A stretch of DNA of 57,795 nucleotides from a virus (lineage: Duplodnaviria; Caudoviricetes): IMG/VR virus record IMGVR_UViG_3300005512_000039, positions 1 through 57,795 of that record; one strand, 5' to 3'. The notes under the pieces were generated by a model. The model ran no database searches. It saw only the letters and a list, made by a program, of their open reading frames with translations, and was not told the origin of the DNA. Of the stretch, positions 44,764-54,429 are shown one piece after another (the first letter of the stretch is position 1; each line of letters begins with the position of its first letter). Made by a program: the position numbers and the translations under genes.

Positions 44764-45414
44764 TTAAAGACCGGTTGAATCCGCAGTGGTTTGTGAATCA
44801 AACCTACGGGTTCCGGCGTTGAAATGTGCGTTTAATCTAACAATAAGTGGAATACCAGCAGCAGTGTAATCACTGTTTGCTACATCATCCATAATGCCAA
44901 CAATACGCAAAGGTAGTGTTGCCGTTACTGCAATTGAAGAAACGCTAAGAGCACTATTAGAATTACCGGTGGCGGTGACTCCAGTTCGTGCGGAGGTTCC
45001 AAGAGAAGCGTTAGCAAACACTGCTGCCAGAGCCGTTGCACGGTCTGTTAGGGAAGCGTCTGAAGCGACCTTGAAAAGTTGGTTAGGGTTATCTGCTACG
45101 AAGGCTTTAACTGGATAGTTAGTGTCAACGCTAACAGAGGCCGAACCAGGCCAGTAGTTTAACCATACAGGTTTTTTCTGTACAGAGTCTTGGTACTGTA
45201 CGCCCATTAGGACACCTAATGCTTGCGTAGTTCCACCATTTGTGGCACCAGCTTGATCAATAACACCAGCTGCTGTAGGAACGCAGATAGAGTACTGAAA
45301 AATAGCATTAGTATTGTTAGAAGCGATTTCGTACTCAGTTACACCTGTAGAGTTCGCACCGCTTCCAACTAGCCCGATAGGACGAAGACCATAGGCGGTT
45401 GTTGCATTTGCCAT
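44764..45414 (-). CDS. minor capsid/cement protein
   Basis: MAN...YGLRP N-terminus; directly upstream of MCP. Confidence 0.7.
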   Translation of the reverse strand: MANATTAYGLRPIGLVGSGANSTGVTEYEIASNNTNAIFQYSICVPTAAGVIDQAGATNGGTTQALGVLMGVQYQDSVQKKPVWLNYWPGSASVSVDTNYPVKAFVADNPNQLFKVASDASLTDRATALAAVFANASLGTSARTGVTATGNSNSALSVSSIAVTATLPLRIVGIMDDVANSDYTAAGIPLIVRLNAHFNAGTRRFDSQTTADSTGL

Positions 45415-45445
45415 GATATTTTTCTCCTAAAAGGGGCAGTCCTCA

Positions 45446-45916
45446 TTATTTTTTCGGACCACCAAAAGTTACACGAGATTGACGATCAGGTTTAGTAATC
45501 GTCATGGTTGAGTGGGCGTTCTCTCTCATCATGTCATGATCCACTGCATCCATCTGATCTTTACTTCTACTTTTGAAGTATTCAGTACGTTCAGCAACGG
45601 TCTCAACAGGAATTCGAGCGAGAATCAACCCTCCCTGTCCAAATACACCAGAATACTTACCTGTTTCAACTACGGGACCTTCAAAATCTGGATATTCGTC
45701 TTTACGAACCAGTTCATAACCTTCCCTAAGCTTTGCGCTGACGTTCTTTGTATCATCAAATCCTCGTGACTCCGCACGAATCCATCGATGTTTGTAGCCG
45801 TCAGGTGCAGGTGGTGCATCTAATACAGAGGGTGGAGCCCAAGGCTTACGCACAGCCTGTTTCTCCCTAGTTTTACTTGCGCGGGAGCTTCTATCGATTT
45901 TAGTTTCTTCAGTCAT
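45446..45916 (-). CDS. conserved head-assembly protein
   Basis: WAPPSVLDAPPAPDGYKHRWIR...GGLILARIP. Confidence 0.7.
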   Translation of the reverse strand: MTEETKIDRSSRASKTREKQAVRKPWAPPSVLDAPPAPDGYKHRWIRAESRGFDDTKNVSAKLREGYELVRKDEYPDFEGPVVETGKYSGVFGQGGLILARIPVETVAERTEYFKSRSKDQMDAVDHDMMRENAHSTMTITKPDRQSRVTFGGPKK

Positions 45917-45921
45917 CTTTA

Positions 45922-46794
45922 TTACTCCTTCACGTATTTCGCGTATTCTTCAAGTGGCACACCCAATTTTTTCGCTATTGCGACTTGGCTAGGGGTGAGT
46001 CTAACCTTTTTCCCACTGCGCCCAGTTGTAGCTGTTCTTGAAGCAGAAGCAACCGTCTGGGCTGGACGTTTACTTTGACTTTTCAACTTGTGCGGAAACT
46101 CGTCCGCCATTCGCCGATCTAGTTCAGTATAGTACTCATCACTCTGAGGGTCAAACCCTTCTTGTTCAATAAGTTTTTTGTGAATACCAAAAACAGCATA
46201 AGTCATAGCCTGATCGTCCCCAAACCAGCTATTCTTTAAAGCCCATTTTTCCGCCTTTGGATCGGGTCTCTTAGGCTGTGCCGGTTGCTGAACATGTTGT
46301 TTCTGGTATTCAGCATATTGCTGGGCTTGTTGAGCATATCTAGCTTGTTCTGATTTAGCTTGTTCCGCTCGATCCGCTTGAATGGCTAAAGCTGTTATTT
46401 TGCGTTGTGCTTCGACAGCCGCTTTTGTGTCTCCAAGCTCCATAGCACGAGATAACTCATTTTCCGCTTGATCCATTTGAGCGGTAACTCGCGTACTAAA
46501 CTCAGAAACATAACTGCTGTCTAAGTTATTCATGCGTTGTTTTAACTGTTCGGCCTCTGTCTGTACGTTTCGAGCATAATTAATTGCTTCTTGCTCTCGT
46601 CGTTCAGCCTCCCGCATTTTTTTAGTCAAGCGGTCTATACGTTTTTGTGTCGCAGATTCCGCTTTCTTAAACTGGTCGTCGGAATCATTGGTATTGTCCG
46701 ACGCTTCTACTGAATCATTTTCTTGTTCAGGAACTTCAACCTCAGTACTCGGTTCCTCTTCTACTTCAAACTCTTTTTCTTCATTTTCAACCAT
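45922..46794 (-). CDS. capsid scaffolding protein
   Basis: acidic N-terminus, long coiled coil, AKKLGVPLEEYAK C-terminus. Confidence 0.75.
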   Translation of the reverse strand: MVENEEKEFEVEEEPSTEVEVPEQENDSVEASDNTNDSDDQFKKAESATQKRIDRLTKKMREAERREQEAINYARNVQTEAEQLKQRMNNLDSSYVSEFSTRVTAQMDQAENELSRAMELGDTKAAVEAQRKITALAIQADRAEQAKSEQARYAQQAQQYAEYQKQHVQQPAQPKRPDPKAEKWALKNSWFGDDQAMTYAVFGIHKKLIEQEGFDPQSDEYYTELDRRMADEFPHKLKSQSKRPAQTVASASRTATTGRSGKKVRLTPSQVAIAKKLGVPLEEYAKYVKE

Positions 46795-46804
46795 TATCTA
46801 CTCC

Positions 46805-47233
46805 TTATAAATGATGAACGTCTTCTGGATCAAGTATTGTTGCAAGAATCTCATCGTCATTAAGAACTCTTACTTCTCCACCGTCTATTTGAAACCGCGA
46901 ACCAGCATAACGGGCAAACATCACCCATTGTTTTTCTTGGCACCACGGGCCTGATGGAAATTTTTCTTGATCTCTGTAAGCTAAAGGACCGACTTTCAAC
47001 ACATATCCTACTTGCGTAGATATTTGTTTTTTCTCTTGAACCTCGTCCGGTAAGAAAATACCGCTTTCTGTCTTAGCTTTGCCTTTATAAGGAAGAATTA
47101 ATATGCGCCATCCGGTTGGTTGCGGCATGCGCTCCAACAACGACTTGTTTATTAATTCTGGATTTAAAACGGGTTTATCACTGTAAGCATCCGCCAAGTT
47201 AGGCGTTGCTTCTTGCTTTACTTCTTCAGTCAT
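46805..47233 (-). CDS. groES: co-chaperonin GroES
   Basis: PTGWRILI...KTESGIFLP...VLKVGP...VMFARYAG...LNDDEILA. Confidence 0.92.
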   Translation of the reverse strand: MTEEVKQEATPNLADAYSDKPVLNPELINKSLLERMPQPTGWRILILPYKGKAKTESGIFLPDEVQEKKQISTQVGYVLKVGPLAYRDQEKFPSGPWCQEKQWVMFARYAGSRFQIDGGEVRVLNDDEILATILDPEDVHHL

Positions 47234-47423
47234 CAGATTGCTCCTGTTTTTCTAGCAGGCCCTTGAGTTCCTGTTCTACGTGATTTAAGGAATCCATGTT
47301 TCCCATAAGTTCACGATATTGTTCCATTGATTTAACGTTGCCGTATTGCAATAAATCTACAATTCCAGCGCGTCGATCACGAATAATTCTAAACACTGCT
47401 TCCGCTACATATATCTCATCCAT
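47226..47423 (-). CDS. hypothetical protein upstream of groES
   Basis: GAGGTGAG RBS before MDEIYV. Confidence 0.7.
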   Translation of the reverse strand: MDEIYVAEAVFRIIRDRRAGIVDLLQYGNVKSMEQYRELMGNMDSLNHVEQELKGLLEKQEQSDD

Positions 47424-47493
47424 CTCACCTCGCATATTATCTAATAAAATCGTAGATTATCTTATCATATCTTATACAAGATAAGATAGTTTT

Positions 47494-47943
47494 TTATGCA
47501 AGTTCGAAATGAGGAGCGTCTACAAAGGGTCTTCTATTCTGTGAACGACGTAAATCTATATATTCATGCATTAGTTCTTCAGCGGTAATATCAGAATCAG
47601 TTAGGTTGCGATGCCACGCTGCACCCCAACGTAATTCAACATTTAATTCTTTAGCCGCCTGACGCATAGCATCAGCTATGTCATCATATAAATTTAATTC
47701 CCAACTAACTCTTGGTCCTATGTAAGCTACCAAATCAACCGCTTTTCCGCCTATGTGTTTGCTTCGTAAAGTTTGACTAGCACCTTTAGCCACCAACTCT
47801 TTTTGACGCTCTAAAGTTCTTAAACCTTCAGAAACCCCAAAATCTATTTTTGTTATGGTTATGGCTTTTTTTACTACATCAATAAGTTTAGGGTCCAAAC
47901 CTTTTAACCTGCTTAAACTTCTTTCAGAAAGCTTAAAGCTCAT
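47494..47943 (-). CDS. endolysin, M15 L-Ala-D-Glu peptidase family
   Basis: EGLRTLERQ, SKHIGGKAVD, WGAAW, DAPHFEL. Confidence 0.92.
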   Translation of the reverse strand: MSFKLSERSLSRLKGLDPKLIDVVKKAITITKIDFGVSEGLRTLERQKELVAKGASQTLRSKHIGGKAVDLVAYIGPRVSWELNLYDDIADAMRQAAKELNVELRWGAAWHRNLTDSDITAEELMHEYIDLRRSQNRRPFVDAPHFELA

Positions 47944-48080
47944 CTACCCTGACCCCTATATTTTTTAAAATTTCTTTTGTCATGTTTATTACGCGGTCTA
48001 GAAAACGGAGAGCTACCGTCGCTTGTTTTCTTTTTAATACGTAATTTGTGAGCACGTTCACCAAGAGTTAACTTAGCCAT
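47940..48080 (-). CDS. 46-aa very basic peptide (not in ORF track)
   Basis: MAKLTLGERAHKLRIKKKTSDGSSPFSRPRNKHDKRNFKKYRGQGR*; coupled to holin and endolysin. Confidence 0.8.
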   Translation of the reverse strand: MAKLTLGERAHKLRIKKKTSDGSSPFSRPRNKHDKRNFKKYRGQGR

Positions 48081-48481
48081 TAACTTGCTACTCTTTTAAA
48101 TTTTTCAAAACTGCGTAGTCCACCCAGTCCTAACATACCCATAAGCACGGTCATTAATTGACCCATGTCGAAATTAGGTAGCTCAGGTACTTCCATGCCA
48201 TAGGCAGCGAGACCAAAAATAGCCAAAGGTTGGATAACAAAATGATAAGCAAAGGCAGTGCCGCAAACCCAACCCACAAATGGTCTCCAACCACCCTTCC
48301 AAACCGAGCTACTAGCGGCTTCCGCCTTGTTAACCTCCACTTGGGCAAGGGCAAGCTCCTGTGCATGCCTGTCTGCCATCGTCGAAATTTCATGTGCTAA
48401 CGCTACCTTCTGATCTTTATCTTCAATAAACTTGTCTAAAAGCCCTGTAACAGGGCCAACAAGTGCGCTAAGTAGAGCCAT
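48080..48481 (-). CDS. holin (3TM/GTA-type)
   Basis: QVEVNKAEA...GWRPFVGWVC...MLGLGGLRSFEK. Confidence 0.9.
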   Translation of the reverse strand: MALLSALVGPVTGLLDKFIEDKDQKVALAHEISTMADRHAQELALAQVEVNKAEAASSSVWKGGWRPFVGWVCGTAFAYHFVIQPLAIFGLAAYGMEVPELPNFDMGQLMTVLMGMLGLGGLRSFEKFKRVAS

Positions 48482-48490
48482 AGTATCTCC

Positions 48491-48658
48491 TTATTTATCA
48501 CACTTACAAACGTTAATACCTAATTTTTGTAAAAGCCATATAGCTAAACTTTTAATTTTTCTATAACACCACATAAATAGGGATTGAACCATTTGAACTA
48601 CCCATAACAAGGCCCCCAGAAATTTTTCACATACTTTGTCTATTGCTTTAAAAATCAT
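48491..48658 (-). CDS. 55-aa amphipathic cationic peptide (not in ORF track)
   Basis: MIFKAIDKVCEKFLGALLWVVQMVQSLFMWCYRKIKSLAIWLLQKLGINVCKCDK*; GGGAGG RBS. Confidence 0.7.
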   Translation of the reverse strand: MIFKAIDKVCEKFLGALLWVVQMVQSLFMWCYRKIKSLAIWLLQKLGINVCKCDK

Positions 48659-48670
48659 AAAAGCCTCCCA

Positions 48671-48823
48671 TTAGGCGGATGTTTTTTTACGTTTTTTTTG
48701 AGTAGAACGGCCAGCCTCAGACAAAGCTATAGCAATAGCTTGTTTTTGCTTATAGCCTTCCCCCATTAACTTTTCAATATTAGCGCTAACTACTTTGTCG
48801 CTCTTACCTTTCTTTAAAGGCAT
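48671..48823 (-). CDS. small basic phage protein (start MPLKKG)
   Basis: [16 protein letters not shown]...[12 protein letters not shown] common phage family. Confidence 0.8.
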   Translation of the reverse strand: MPLKKGKSDKVVSANIEKLMGEGYKQKQAIAIALSEAGRSTQKKRKKTSA

Positions 48824-48824
48824 T

Positions 48825-49022
48825 TTAACATCCGTTAAATTTTGTACCTTTGATAGCCGCTCCAGTTCCACGCATTTTCATACGCTTTACAGTGTCTCCA
48901 GCCATCGGCGCGTCGGCAGTTTTTCCGTAAGGAATGCGACCTTGGTCTTTAATATCTGCATACTCTACTGCTTTTGGTGGATTAGATGGGGCAGAACCCA
49001 TAAACTTTACTTTTGATTTCAT
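48825..49022 (-). CDS. small basic phage protein
   Basis: [15 protein letters not shown]-terminal motif. Confidence 0.75.
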   Translation of the reverse strand: MKSKVKFMGSAPSNPPKAVEYADIKDQGRIPYGKTADAPMAGDTVKRMKMRGTGAAIKGTKFNGC

Positions 49023-49528
49023 GCTGGTCTCCTAAAAGGATTAACGTAAGGTCTATCTTCAGACTGCTCTCTTTCCATCCGAGCATCTACAAAAGCTTGA
49101 TATGGGCTAATGACCGGTTGTGGATTAGAAAGTCTATTTAAATAACTATTATAAGCCGTCCGATACTCAGGACTACTCAAAAATTGTTGAGCAACGGTAT
49201 TTTGAACAGGCGCTTCTGTAACGGGTTCCTGAGCTACCGGTTCAACGTTTGGTGTGGGAGTAGACAAATTAAGTCTTTCCCGTATAGCCGGATCATTTAA
49301 TAAAGAGATTAAACCGGAGCTTAAACCACCCCCTTGTACAACAGCCGGAGCTCCTCCCGGAGTTGGAACAGCTATTCCAGAGCCCTGCATAGGACCTACC
49401 TTTATAGCTTGAGGTGGAACCATAGGAGACATTCCTCCTCCAGAAGCCTGACCCGGAGTATCTACTTTTTTAAGTTGTCCACTTGCTACCATTTGCGGGA
49501 TCATTGATCTAAGTGCTGAACTAAACAT
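49019..49528 (-). CDS. Pro/Gly-rich hypothetical protein
   Basis: 169-aa ORF, GAGG RBS. Confidence 0.65.
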   Translation of the reverse strand: MFSSALRSMIPQMVASGQLKKVDTPGQASGGGMSPMVPPQAIKVGPMQGSGIAVPTPGGAPAVVQGGGLSSGLISLLNDPAIRERLNLSTPTPNVEPVAQEPVTEAPVQNTVAQQFLSSPEYRTAYNSYLNRLSNPQPVISPYQAFVDARMEREQSEDRPYVNPFRRPA

Positions 49529-49530
49529 AA

Positions 49531-49797
49531 TTATTTACCTCTTTCCTCTAATAATTTTACTCTGACTTTAAGGTCATGAATATGCTCTAGCATTTCTTCC
49601 TTTAGCGCTTGTCTAGCAAATGCATTGCCCGGCGATGGAACAATCTCACCATTAGGACTAATTAGTTGCATTTGATTTGCGCGAATCAACTGGATGTCCG
49701 TTTGTATTTCGCCAATACTAGAAATGACCCACCACATAGCCGCCAACAAAACTGGGACTAGACTAGCCAGCGCCTTTGGTAGGTCAAAATCTTTCAT
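49531..49797 (-). CDS. membrane-anchored coiled-coil protein
   Basis: N-terminal TM, RVKLLE tail. Confidence 0.7.
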   Translation of the reverse strand: MKDFDLPKALASLVPVLLAAMWWVISSIGEIQTDIQLIRANQMQLISPNGEIVPSPGNAFARQALKEEMLEHIHDLKVRVKLLEERGK

Positions 49798-49946
49798 TTC
49801 ATGCGATTAATCATATCAAAAAGAGTTTTTACTTTGTCTTCTAATATTTTAACCCTAACTGTAATTTCCGCTCTAAAAGCTACACCTATTGCAGCCACAG
49901 CGATAAGACCAGATATCACCGGCCAAAAATCCATAAAACTTTCCAT
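49794..49946 (-). CDS. 50-aa membrane-anchored coiled-coil protein (not in ORF track)
   Basis: MESFMDFWPVISGLIAVAAIGVAFRAEITVRVKILEDKVKTLFDMINRMK*; coupled to portal stop. Confidence 0.75.
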   Translation of the reverse strand: MESFMDFWPVISGLIAVAAIGVAFRAEITVRVKILEDKVKTLFDMINRMK

Positions 49947-52399
49947 TACTGTGACCTTTGTTTAAGTAATTCACGCTCCATAGCAGATTGTATTCTAGCA
50001 GCAGTTTGAGATTCTTGTGATTGAAGCCGTTGCTGGAACTGATCTTTTCGAGCCTGAAGAGCTTGAGCATCTAACTGAAGCTTCTGAGCATCTAACTGAG
50101 CATCGTTCTGTTCCGCCTGAGCTTTGAGCTGTAATTCAGTTTCTTTCAACTTGACTAACGGATCAGGCTGACCTGCTCCAGATAGCTGTCCAGACAACTG
50201 TTTAACTTGTTGCAGACCTTCAGCCACGTACTGTGCCACTAATTGCTCCATTTGAAGCATTTCATCTTCAGGGCTTATAGACATACCTTGTTGCTGCGCT
50301 TGTTGCCGCTGTTGACTATAGGCCACTATAGCCTGTTCTTGAGCCGCAATCTTTACGTGCTCCATAACGTGTTTCTGTAATGACATTGCAACCGGCGGCA
50401 AGGACCCGACCATTGGACTTGAACCAAAAACCAAGTGCGCCGTAATGTGCGCTTGATGATTCTGGCCTTCAAAAGCTTTAAGCTCAAGCATCTCCAAAGA
50501 ATTTATATTTTCCTGAGCAGGGTCAATAGGTACTGGCTCCTCATCAGGAACCGATTTCATAATCCTATCTACATCCGTAACACCCAAAGCTTCATACATG
50601 TCACGATAAACCTCGTGCATGTTGTGTAATTCCGGTGCAGCACCCGCAAGTTGTAATTTGGTTTGCGCCAACACTATGCGTTGCGCCTGACTAAAAGCAT
50701 TCGGATTGCTTACCGGAATCACGTCTACTCTATCATCAAAATCTTCGCGCATGATAGTTGACTCTTCTCCGGCAACAGAGTATGGATATTCTTGCGGTAA
50801 ACTTTCAGACATCACCCTAGACAGGATCTTGAACTCCTGACGCATAGCGTAATGCAAACGCTTGTGCACCGCGCTCATCACCCTAGAGCCTTGCTCCATC
50901 ATCGCAATCGTAGTACCTACCGCCGCATTCTGATTACCATCACCAACCTTTAAATCAGTAATCGTTGCAAACCTTTGCCCCGCCTGAACAACAAATCCCA
51001 ATAACTGGAACAAAGTTGGATCAGGACCCTTAAACGGTAAAGGCATGAGGGAGTCACGGATGGCACCGCCCGGAGCGTCCACATCTCTAAATTCACCGGG
51101 CTGGAGTGGATCGTCATCGTCTCGGATACGAAGTCCACGGGCTTTAAATCCCGCAGGCAGATTGGACAGAGTACCCGCATCGATTAATTGCCTCAACGCA
51201 GCAGTAGCCGTCCGTGACAAACCGCCAATGGTATGAATAAGACCTAAACCATAAAAACCAAAACCAGGTAAAAACTTGAAGTGCGTGAAATATTGTATCT
51301 TCCGCTTCTTCTCGTCATCTTCCCTATAGTTACGTCTTATGGATAAAATCTGACCATTATCCTGTGAAATAGTTACAACGTAAGGAACCTTAATTCCTAA
51401 AGGCTCCCCCTCGTCATCAACCTCTTCGTATCCCTCTAAATCTAAATCAACATGGCATTCGAGCAACGTACAGTCATAATCAATCTGCGAAGGCTCTACT
51501 CCATCAATCTTATCTATCTCTTCAGAAACACCATCCATTGCAGACTGCGCCGGAATAACCGGTATATCCAAATAAAAACCTGCAACCTGTTTCTTTCTTA
51601 AATCATTCAAACTAATCCGAAACGACTGCGTCACATTAGGACATGTGTCCAAATCCGCCGTCTCATACGGAACCACTAAATTCTCTGCCGGAACAAACTT
51701 GGATACCGCACGACCCATCGTCTCGTCATAATACGTCTTCTTAAACGTAGAACCCGCCAGCGGCAAATAAAACAACATCTGATCCATGTCAGGCGTGTAA
51801 TCCTCCATCACATTCGTGACGTAGTAATTCATAAACTGCTTTACACGCTGCGCCTGATTAACCTTTTCTCGCGTCTCTTTGCCCATGACCACAGTCCGAA
51901 CAGGACCAGAAGCCGGTAATAATTCGTTAAACGCCTGCGCCTGAAACTGCGTAGCAGCCTCGGCTAACAATGGATGTGTCACGGCCGACGCTCCACGGAA
52001 AGGTTGCGTCCTCTCTTCATACGTAAATCCAAGAAGCTCTAGACCATTTGCATACGCCTCTTCCCATTCCTGACGACCAGCCTTGTTTGCATCAAACTCA
52101 TCAAGCAGCTCTCCTGCAATCCGGCGCAACTCTCGATCTGGAATGTTTTCTGCTAAGTTGGCATAAAAATCATCTTCCATGCCACGCTCGTCCATCGGCT
52201 CAAAATCTATCGTAACGCCGCCATCTTCTTCTTGTTCTATCTCAATCTCGCCTACATTTTCCGCTTCGATCATCGCCTGGACCGTGTTCCGTGAGCCGGG
52301 AAGCTCTAACTCCAGTTCAGCGTCCAAGTCCTCCATGTCGATCTGAGACGGAACCGCATTTTCCATGAACGTTCCAAAACCTTTTTTAGCCTGTGCCAT
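49946..52399 (-). CDS. portal protein
   Basis: 817 aa after TerL; HPLLAEAATQFQA, LRQLIDAGTLSNLPAG, Gln-rich barrel C-terminus. Confidence 0.92.
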   Translation of the reverse strand: MAQAKKGFGTFMENAVPSQIDMEDLDAELELELPGSRNTVQAMIEAENVGEIEIEQEEDGGVTIDFEPMDERGMEDDFYANLAENIPDRELRRIAGELLDEFDANKAGRQEWEEAYANGLELLGFTYEERTQPFRGASAVTHPLLAEAATQFQAQAFNELLPASGPVRTVVMGKETREKVNQAQRVKQFMNYYVTNVMEDYTPDMDQMLFYLPLAGSTFKKTYYDETMGRAVSKFVPAENLVVPYETADLDTCPNVTQSFRISLNDLRKKQVAGFYLDIPVIPAQSAMDGVSEEIDKIDGVEPSQIDYDCTLLECHVDLDLEGYEEVDDEGEPLGIKVPYVVTISQDNGQILSIRRNYREDDEKKRKIQYFTHFKFLPGFGFYGLGLIHTIGGLSRTATAALRQLIDAGTLSNLPAGFKARGLRIRDDDDPLQPGEFRDVDAPGGAIRDSLMPLPFKGPDPTLFQLLGFVVQAGQRFATITDLKVGDGNQNAAVGTTIAMMEQGSRVMSAVHKRLHYAMRQEFKILSRVMSESLPQEYPYSVAGEESTIMREDFDDRVDVIPVSNPNAFSQAQRIVLAQTKLQLAGAAPELHNMHEVYRDMYEALGVTDVDRIMKSVPDEEPVPIDPAQENINSLEMLELKAFEGQNHQAHITAHLVFGSSPMVGSLPPVAMSLQKHVMEHVKIAAQEQAIVAYSQQRQQAQQQGMSISPEDEMLQMEQLVAQYVAEGLQQVKQLSGQLSGAGQPDPLVKLKETELQLKAQAEQNDAQLDAQKLQLDAQALQARKDQFQQRLQSQESQTAARIQSAMERELLKQRSQ

Positions 52400-52438
52400 A
52401 AACGAGCCCTTAGATAGTATTAGCGCAATTATACTAGA

Positions 52439-53893
52439 TTAGTAATATACCCTTACTCTAGCAGAAGTTTCATCATTTTCCCAACTATCCGTCGGTAATT
52501 GAACAAAATTTCCTTGACGATAACGCATTAAAGCCTGTGTCATACTGTCCACCAAGTCGTCGTATTCGCCATTTGGAAAGGCCGCAACCTCCTCAATCAA
52601 CTCGTCCGCGAATAATTCGTCGGGGGCCCAGACCATTCCAGCCTCAAATAACGGCGAAACACTATGTACCCTCGAAACTTTATCGTTACCTTTACTCGGT
52701 GTGAAGTTTACAACCGGTATGCCCATGTTCCGTAGCTCGTGGGTCAAGGGCAAACCACTCGCCTTCGCCTCAACAATGACGGTGTCGGGGTCCCAGAACT
52801 TATAATTATCCAAAGCCACCTCCTTTAGCTCTGGAAAGTCCCATCGACCCTTCTTACTATCCAATAAAATCAGGTTAGGTTGCCCCGTTTCGTTAGGATA
52901 AAACACACCCCACGTCGTAATAGCCGAGAAATCCGACGTTTCGCGCTTGGTAAACGCCGTATCGTAACTCTGGATCACAAATTGTAAGTTAGGAACCGCC
53001 TTTTTTTCCCATTTATTCCACCACTCGCGTGGAATAATCGCGTTTTCCTCACCCGTAGGGTTCTGCTGGTACTGTGCATTCCATTTGCTAGGCGGAATCG
53101 ACGCTTTTACCGAAGTCAGGTCCTCCAAACTCCAATATTCCGGCCAACACGGTTTACCGTCATCAAATATAGCCGGTAATTCCACGACTTCCCACTGATC
53201 GGCCAACGGATCTTTAGCCATCGCCCTCAATAACTGACCCGTCATGTCCTTCTCCGACCACCGAGTCTGCACCAATACAATACTCCCACCCGGCTGGAGC
53301 CTCTGACGGGGACCCCCAGTGTACCAATCCCACGCATCATCAAATCCACTGACACTCATCGCCGTTTGCTCCGAGTGCGGATCGTCAATAATCACCAAAT
53401 CGCCACCACGACCAGCCAGGTTAGAACCTACACCCACCGCGTAGTACATCCCACCCTTGCTCGTGTCCCAACGGCCCGAAGCCTTACTGTCCGCGGCCAA
53501 CTGTACTTCAGGAAAAATCTCCTTGTACTCGTCACTATCAATTAAATTCTTCGTCTTACGCCCAAAGTTAACCGCCAACTCAGTCGTGTGCGTCGCCTGA
53601 ATAATTTTCATCTTCGGGTTCTTGCCCATCATCCACGCAGGAAACAAATACGACGCAAACTCAGACTTCGTGTGCCGTGGGGCCATGTTAATGATCAATC
53701 TCTTTAACTCACCCTTGGCCACCCGCTCCAACTTCTCTGCAATAATCTTATGGTGCCGACCCGCAATAAAGTCAGGCCATACAGTACGAACAAATCCAAT
53801 AAAATTATTTTGTGAGAACTCGTTCTTCTCAATCTGCGCTAAACGCAATCGAAGCTTTAGCTCCCTATCGTTAGCGTTTAAATCTACATCCAT
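52439..53893 (-). CDS. terL: terminase large subunit
   Basis: MAPRHTKS Walker A, IIDDPH Walker B, QTRW, SYDTA, VEAKASG, DDLVDS nuclease. Confidence 0.97.
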   Translation of the reverse strand: MDVDLNANDRELKLRLRLAQIEKNEFSQNNFIGFVRTVWPDFIAGRHHKIIAEKLERVAKGELKRLIINMAPRHTKSEFASYLFPAWMMGKNPKMKIIQATHTTELAVNFGRKTKNLIDSDEYKEIFPEVQLAADSKASGRWDTSKGGMYYAVGVGSNLAGRGGDLVIIDDPHSEQTAMSVSGFDDAWDWYTGGPRQRLQPGGSIVLVQTRWSEKDMTGQLLRAMAKDPLADQWEVVELPAIFDDGKPCWPEYWSLEDLTSVKASIPPSKWNAQYQQNPTGEENAIIPREWWNKWEKKAVPNLQFVIQSYDTAFTKRETSDFSAITTWGVFYPNETGQPNLILLDSKKGRWDFPELKEVALDNYKFWDPDTVIVEAKASGLPLTHELRNMGIPVVNFTPSKGNDKVSRVHSVSPLFEAGMVWAPDELFADELIEEVAAFPNGEYDDLVDSMTQALMRYRQGNFVQLPTDSWENDETSARVRVYY

Positions 53894-53937
53894 CGGGGGA
53901 CCCTGTAAAAATTATAAAAAACGCCTATGCAAAACGC

Positions 53938-54429
53938 CTATGTTTCACGTGAAACATTCAATATCAAATCCAATATCCTGTCCCAGTCAACCGCACCATC
54001 AGATCGATACACCGGCTTAAACTTCAATCCGTCAAACTTTAAATCCATCGCCTCCGAACCCCGATACAACGATATCGACTCCGGTGTGGGCTTCTTGGTC
54101 CGTGTGCCGCGGTCCGCGATCCGCAGGACAAGAACCCATGTACTCGCATGCTTATGACGACTCAACCAAGATACTTGATGCGGTCTCAAATCAACCGCAT
54201 TCGTCATCGTTGCTTTTAATTCGACAAAGTGAAAATTACCCGATTCATCACACAACACCACGTCCGGTACACCGGGCATGGCCCACGTTTCAAGGCGTGT
54301 GTGTTCTATCTTCTTCTTGCTCTTCTCCAAGGCTGTCTTCATCGTTTTCCACAGACCGCTCTCCCTCTTCAGGGCTGTCCTCGGAATCGGCTTCTCGTTC
54401 TGGAGTAACATCAATCGTGATCGGGGCAT
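53938..54429 (-). CDS. PD-(D/E)xK nuclease (VRR-NUC/Holliday-junction resolvase-like)
   Basis: ESGLW...RLE...PGVPDV...FVELK...LRPHQVSW; start uncertain. Confidence 0.85.
   Translation of the reverse strand: MPRSRLMLLQNEKPIPRTALKRESGLWKTMKTALEKSKKKIEHTRLETWAMPGVPDVVLCDESGNFHFVELKATMTNAVDLRPHQVSWLSRHKHASTWVLVLRIADRGTRTKKPTPESISLYRGSEAMDLKFDGLKFKPVYRSDGAVDWDRILDLILNVSRET
53941..53956. promoter_or_regulatory. parS site (perfect consensus)
   Basis: TGTTTCACGTGAAACA, extends to 18-bp palindrome 53940-53957. Confidence 0.85.
54100..54127 (+). repeat. tandem heptamer array
   Basis: CCGTGTG CCGCGGT CCGCGAT CCGCAGG. Confidence 0.8.

Noticed and set aside
46805-47233. groES as a novelty
   Set aside because: Solo groES genes are common in head modules of aquatic phages
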